Under the pieces are notes generated by a model, which was not told where the DNA came from, did no database searches, and was given only the letters and a program-made list of their open reading frames with translations. Source: the human T2T-CHM13v2.0 reference genome, Homo sapiens. From it: 64,000 nt of DNA. Location: assembly GCF_009914755.1 (NCBI RefSeq), contig NC_060928.1, one strand, 5' to 3'. The position numbers and the translations under genes were made by a program. Shown in pieces: positions 60,127 to 64,000 of the stretch; position 1 is the first letter of the stretch, and each line of letters starts with the position of its first letter.

Positions 60127-60157
60127 CTGGAAGATATGGCACATTTATAAAAACAAA
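60127..60157 (-). CDS. PPARGC1A: Alternative upstream 3' splice-site extension of exon 7 (31 nt) giving NT-PGC-1alpha, ending PNLFL* (stop 60145-60147)
   Basis: Second acceptor ccatttcag| lies exactly 31 nt upstream of the exon 7 acceptor; in frame AA|T TTG TTT TTA TAA; matches the established NT-PGC-1alpha isoform. Confidence 0.93.
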
Positions 60158-60235
60158 CTGAAATGGAGTTGCTGTAGCCAAATGTATTAGAACCCCCTTC
60201 CCTTTCAGAAAATGGTTACATTTCTTAATACTTAC

Positions 60236-60281
60236 TTTGGTGACTCTGGGGTCAGAGGAAGAGATAAAGTTGTTGGTTTGG
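60236..60281 (-). CDS. PPARGC1A: PPARGC1A exon 6 (46 nt; KPTTLSLPLTPESP, containing the T263/S266 p38/Fbw7 phosphodegron region)
   Basis: Minus strand reads poly-U tract tag|CCAAACCAACAACTTTATCTCTTCCTCTGACCCCAGAGTCACCAAA|gtaagt; peptide matches recalled PGC-1alpha sequence. Confidence 0.96.
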
Positions 60282-63200
60282 CTAAAGAAAAAAAAAAGAA
60301 ACTAATTATGTAATATTGAGTGTCTTTTAGATTTCTTTTCTCTCCACAACAGTCAAGTTGGAAAAACAACCAGAAAACTCAAAGACTAAACTAAGGAATT
60401 CTCTGAATATTGAATCAAAGTCAGACAAAAGTCCATTATGCTAAAACAAATTCCAAACAGCGTTTGCATCAGTAAACTACCATTCGAAAACACATATGAA
60501 AATAGAATTTTTCCAAAAATGAACCCTCCCTGTTACAGATACAAAATTTGCATCATACCATCAGAGAGAAATAATGTTTTCTATTTTAATTTGGAATACA
60601 GTACACGGTTTGTTTAGACAAGAAAACAGCAGAGCAACTATAAGGCGACAGAACATTATGAATATTCAGTTGATTTTACTCCTAAAACGTATAATTTTAT
60701 ATCTAGCCCTGATAATAGTTATTTCTATGAGGCCAAAGCTCATGCAGTAACTATTCCACTCACTGAAAATTAATTGAGAGATGATGGCAAATTGTGGGCA
60801 TTGATCCAGATGGTTTAGAAGGGGTTCAGATCCCCAAATCTGATAGACAACTAAAGTAAAACACCATGTTAATCAGTTGAAAGGTGTGTAGACTTGCAAA
60901 GAGGCTAACTACTGCCTTTTGTGCTTTTCTGAATCTTACCTCCTACAGGAGGCATTTCCCAATAATGAAGGGTGGATTAAGAATCTTCTCACCCAAAATT
61001 TCAATTGCTTCTCTGTGGCAATCTTGTATTTTGAACAGAAGGAGGGGAAAATATGATGAGAGGCATACTTGGGCTATACATTCATGTATTATGTATATCT
61101 ATGCTTATCTATAAGCATATGTTTATGTGTATGTAGGTTTATGTCAATTTTTTCTCATTAAAATAATTACTTTCAAAAGGTCAAGTGGTAGTTATTTATG
61201 TAATGAAAATCATAGTGTCAAAACCAAAAAGGTCTTTAGAATAAAGTTTCTTATCTTATGGTTGAAGAAACTGAGACCCAATGATACTAAGTGATATTTT
61301 CAGGGCCATAAAATAGTTACTCACAGAGTTGGCCAAGATTCTGTTTCCTTTATCCTATTGTCAAAAGAAATTGCATTCAACGACTTTAAAGTAAATTAAT
61401 CAACCCCAGCAATCAATTTTTTTGAAATGTGAAAATATTATTCATGTCCAAATTAACCTGAAATTAGACACTTTACTTGGATAAATAGTATTTGCATATT
61501 TATAGATTTAGATCTACACAGTTGAATGGTATATCATACATCCAGAAATATGAAGCTCATATCTTCAACAAATTAGATACATTGATTCAGTTTTTCATTT
61601 ACACAGATAAATGAGCTGATTTTACATTAATTTTTGAGTATGTCTAATATAACAAGTTTTTCAAAAAGAATCCATTTATGAAGAAACTTTACCAAGTTTT
61701 ATGATACTCAACTAATAATTAGGATAATTCATACAACTTCCATAGAAAATATAACCAGATATTAGCTATATGCTATGTGACACAATAAATGTACATTGAA
61801 AATCAGTCACTGAAATTCTGGTTTTCAAGAGGTAGGGTAGGCTATTTGAAATGCTCAAAGGAAGACTCTCGAATTCTGATTGTTGGGTACAGGTAAGGTC
61901 AAAGTCAATGAAAGGAGAGGAGATGGCAACAGTCATAGTTAATGAGACCAAAGGCAAACAGGAAATGAGAGCCATAAGAAGGGGACAGTCCCCAAACCAC
62001 ATACAGAATCCGATCCCTGAATAAACCCAGACTCTCTAATTCCACCATTAGAGGAGTATTGATTTGGTTTATTGAGAGTTTAATCCACCCTGTTCCAGTG
62101 ACTGGTAGACCAGAGACTAGTAGGATCCTTAAAGTCAGGAATGTGTCTTTTTCATGTAGATTGTTGTATTTGGGTGAATGCATGAATAAATGAACAAATA
62201 AATGAGACATCAACACACAACCATGGCTAGACAATCATCCTAAGGAAAAGAACCTGACTCCAAAACGTTTTATGGAGATCATACGTGATGTTCAGTGAGA
62301 AAAAAATTACAACACCTTAAGAAAGGTAATTTCAATCGATCCTCCTAGTTATCTCTAATTGTTCATGTATTTTCCGCATTTTGATTTTGAATAATAATTC
62401 AAATAATCACTGAAGTTGAGCATTTATTAGTTCTTACTTGTCAGCCATGTTTCATTTCTTTTAAGCCTTTCATAACTAAAGAATTTTGTCTGTTTGTCAA
62501 CAGGTTTTGTTCTGGGGTGAGCGTTTTGTACCTTGCCACAGATATATACCAAATACAGCCAGTCTCATCTAAAGAAAATTTCCTCCAAAGGCCTATTTAA
62601 TTCTTCATTGTCATGATTTGTAAAAGTTTACTAAAAGAAAAAAAAAACAACTTTAAAACCTGTGCTGCCGGGCTGGGTCACATATTACAAGGACTTTAAA
62701 TTTGGCCCCAGAAAATGCATGCATGACCAGCACAGGGTGAGGAGTAGCCCGGTGAATTCATTTGTTCACTCACTAGAGCGAGCTCATCTGCTTCCCCTCA
62801 CCTGAGGCCTTCATGACCAACAAGGCCTATGGCAGAGTGGTTCTACTCCAGGAAAAACTGTTCTAGTGCTTATGAGGAAGATCCAGCTGGAGCAATGAGA
62901 ATGCGGTCCATTTCACTAATTATATTTTCCCAAACTGACAGAAAGTGATGGGCAGTGGATTTGAGATATCTACCAGGGAAAACCTAATGGAAAGCCATTT
63001 TAAAATATTACAGGAAGGCTTCTGAAAATCCTGGGCTAATACTGAGGTAGTGAAGAGGGAAGAAAATTCAGAACACTGGGGAAAAAAAGCGTATTGAATC
63101 AGCAGCAATAACAGCATACCTACACGAATTAATCATGGTTCAAAGCAGAAATCACTGGCTCCCACTCTGCAGTTAAAAGGAAAAGTTGGGAAAATGAAAG

Positions 63201-63574
63201 TGAAAAAAAAAAAGAGGTATATGTTTATAATTGGTGTGTTATAATATGCCTACTTCCACCACAAGGTTAAAGTAGAAGCTGGCATGTTTTAAATCAACTG
63301 CCCATTTCAAGGGGTCTTTGGGCTTCTAAGACCACGACATTTTGAGAAGGAGGAGCCTAAAAGATAGAAAATTGTATCTCTGCCAAGAGAGGTTTTCCCC
63401 AAATCACCAGGATCTGCCTCAGAACCATCAGCCTTCTCCAGCAATATATGGTGATAATAAAAATCAACCCAGATGTTTAGTTTAATCTAGGCACTTTCTT
63501 AAATAGAAAGAAAACAATCAGGATTTTTCAAATCTTTATTTACAGAATAAAATCTGTGAGCATAGCATGTGGTT

Positions 63575-63710
63575 GTAGAAAAGGAGGAGAAGGGGAAGAA
63601 GGAGTGGAAGAGGAAGAAGAAGAGGAAGGGGAGAAAGCAGGAGGTGAAGGAGGAGAAGGAGAAAGAAGGAGAGGGAGAAAGAAGAAGAAAGAACAAGAAG
63701 AATTAGAAAA
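63575..63710. repeat. Purine-rich (GAA/GGA) low-complexity tract in intron 5
   Basis: Directly visible. Confidence 0.9.
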
Positions 63711-64000
63711 GGAATGTACTTAGTAATCAAGAGAGGCTGCATAAACACTATTTACTACTTCTTAAGGTGTATATAACAAATCACTGGTGCCTCATTTTTT
63801 CCATTACTGGAAGGGAAAAAATAAAAGCTCTATAATGAATTGGTTAGCCCAGCTTGTTCATAACCTCAATTATCTCAGCTATTCTGAGATTCATATAAAC
63901 ATCATGTGATGTTGCAATTCCTCACCACCTGGCTAACATTTCAGGAGTCTTTTGGTGCTTGTGAATTAGACTGCCTATCAGCTGAATAGAATATGTTTAA

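Overview
Human (or near-identical great-ape) genomic DNA containing the 3' half of PPARGC1A (PGC-1alpha) on the minus strand. It holds exons 6-13 with canonical GT-AG junctions, exon lengths 46/74/916/105/121/122/152/104(CDS) nt, the stop at 31592-31594 and a ~3.8 kb 3'UTR ending near 27791. Two truncating alternative exons are readable in the sequence: the 31-nt NT-PGC-1alpha acceptor extension and an intron-7 exon ending VKTNLISK*. Positions 1-27790 are downstream flank rich in Alu, L1, L2, MIR, MLT and DNA-transposon fossils, and intron 12 carries an antisense solo LTR7 (HERV-H). Nearly all ORFs in the supplied track are repeat-derived or spurious. No CRISPR, tRNA or rRNA was seen. The most unusual structures are (1) a ~257-bp, ~90%-identical inverted duplication ~6 kb downstream of the poly(A) site with one arm split by a young L1, (2) a 5' splice-site motif overlapping the PPARGC1A stop codon plus candidate cryptic exons and a recursive-splice-like motif downstream, (3) the LTR7 with an altered SOX-type motif, and (4) an inverted Alu-in-Alu insertion. 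None is proven functional from sequence alone. Repeat subfamily calls and old-repeat boundaries are by eye.
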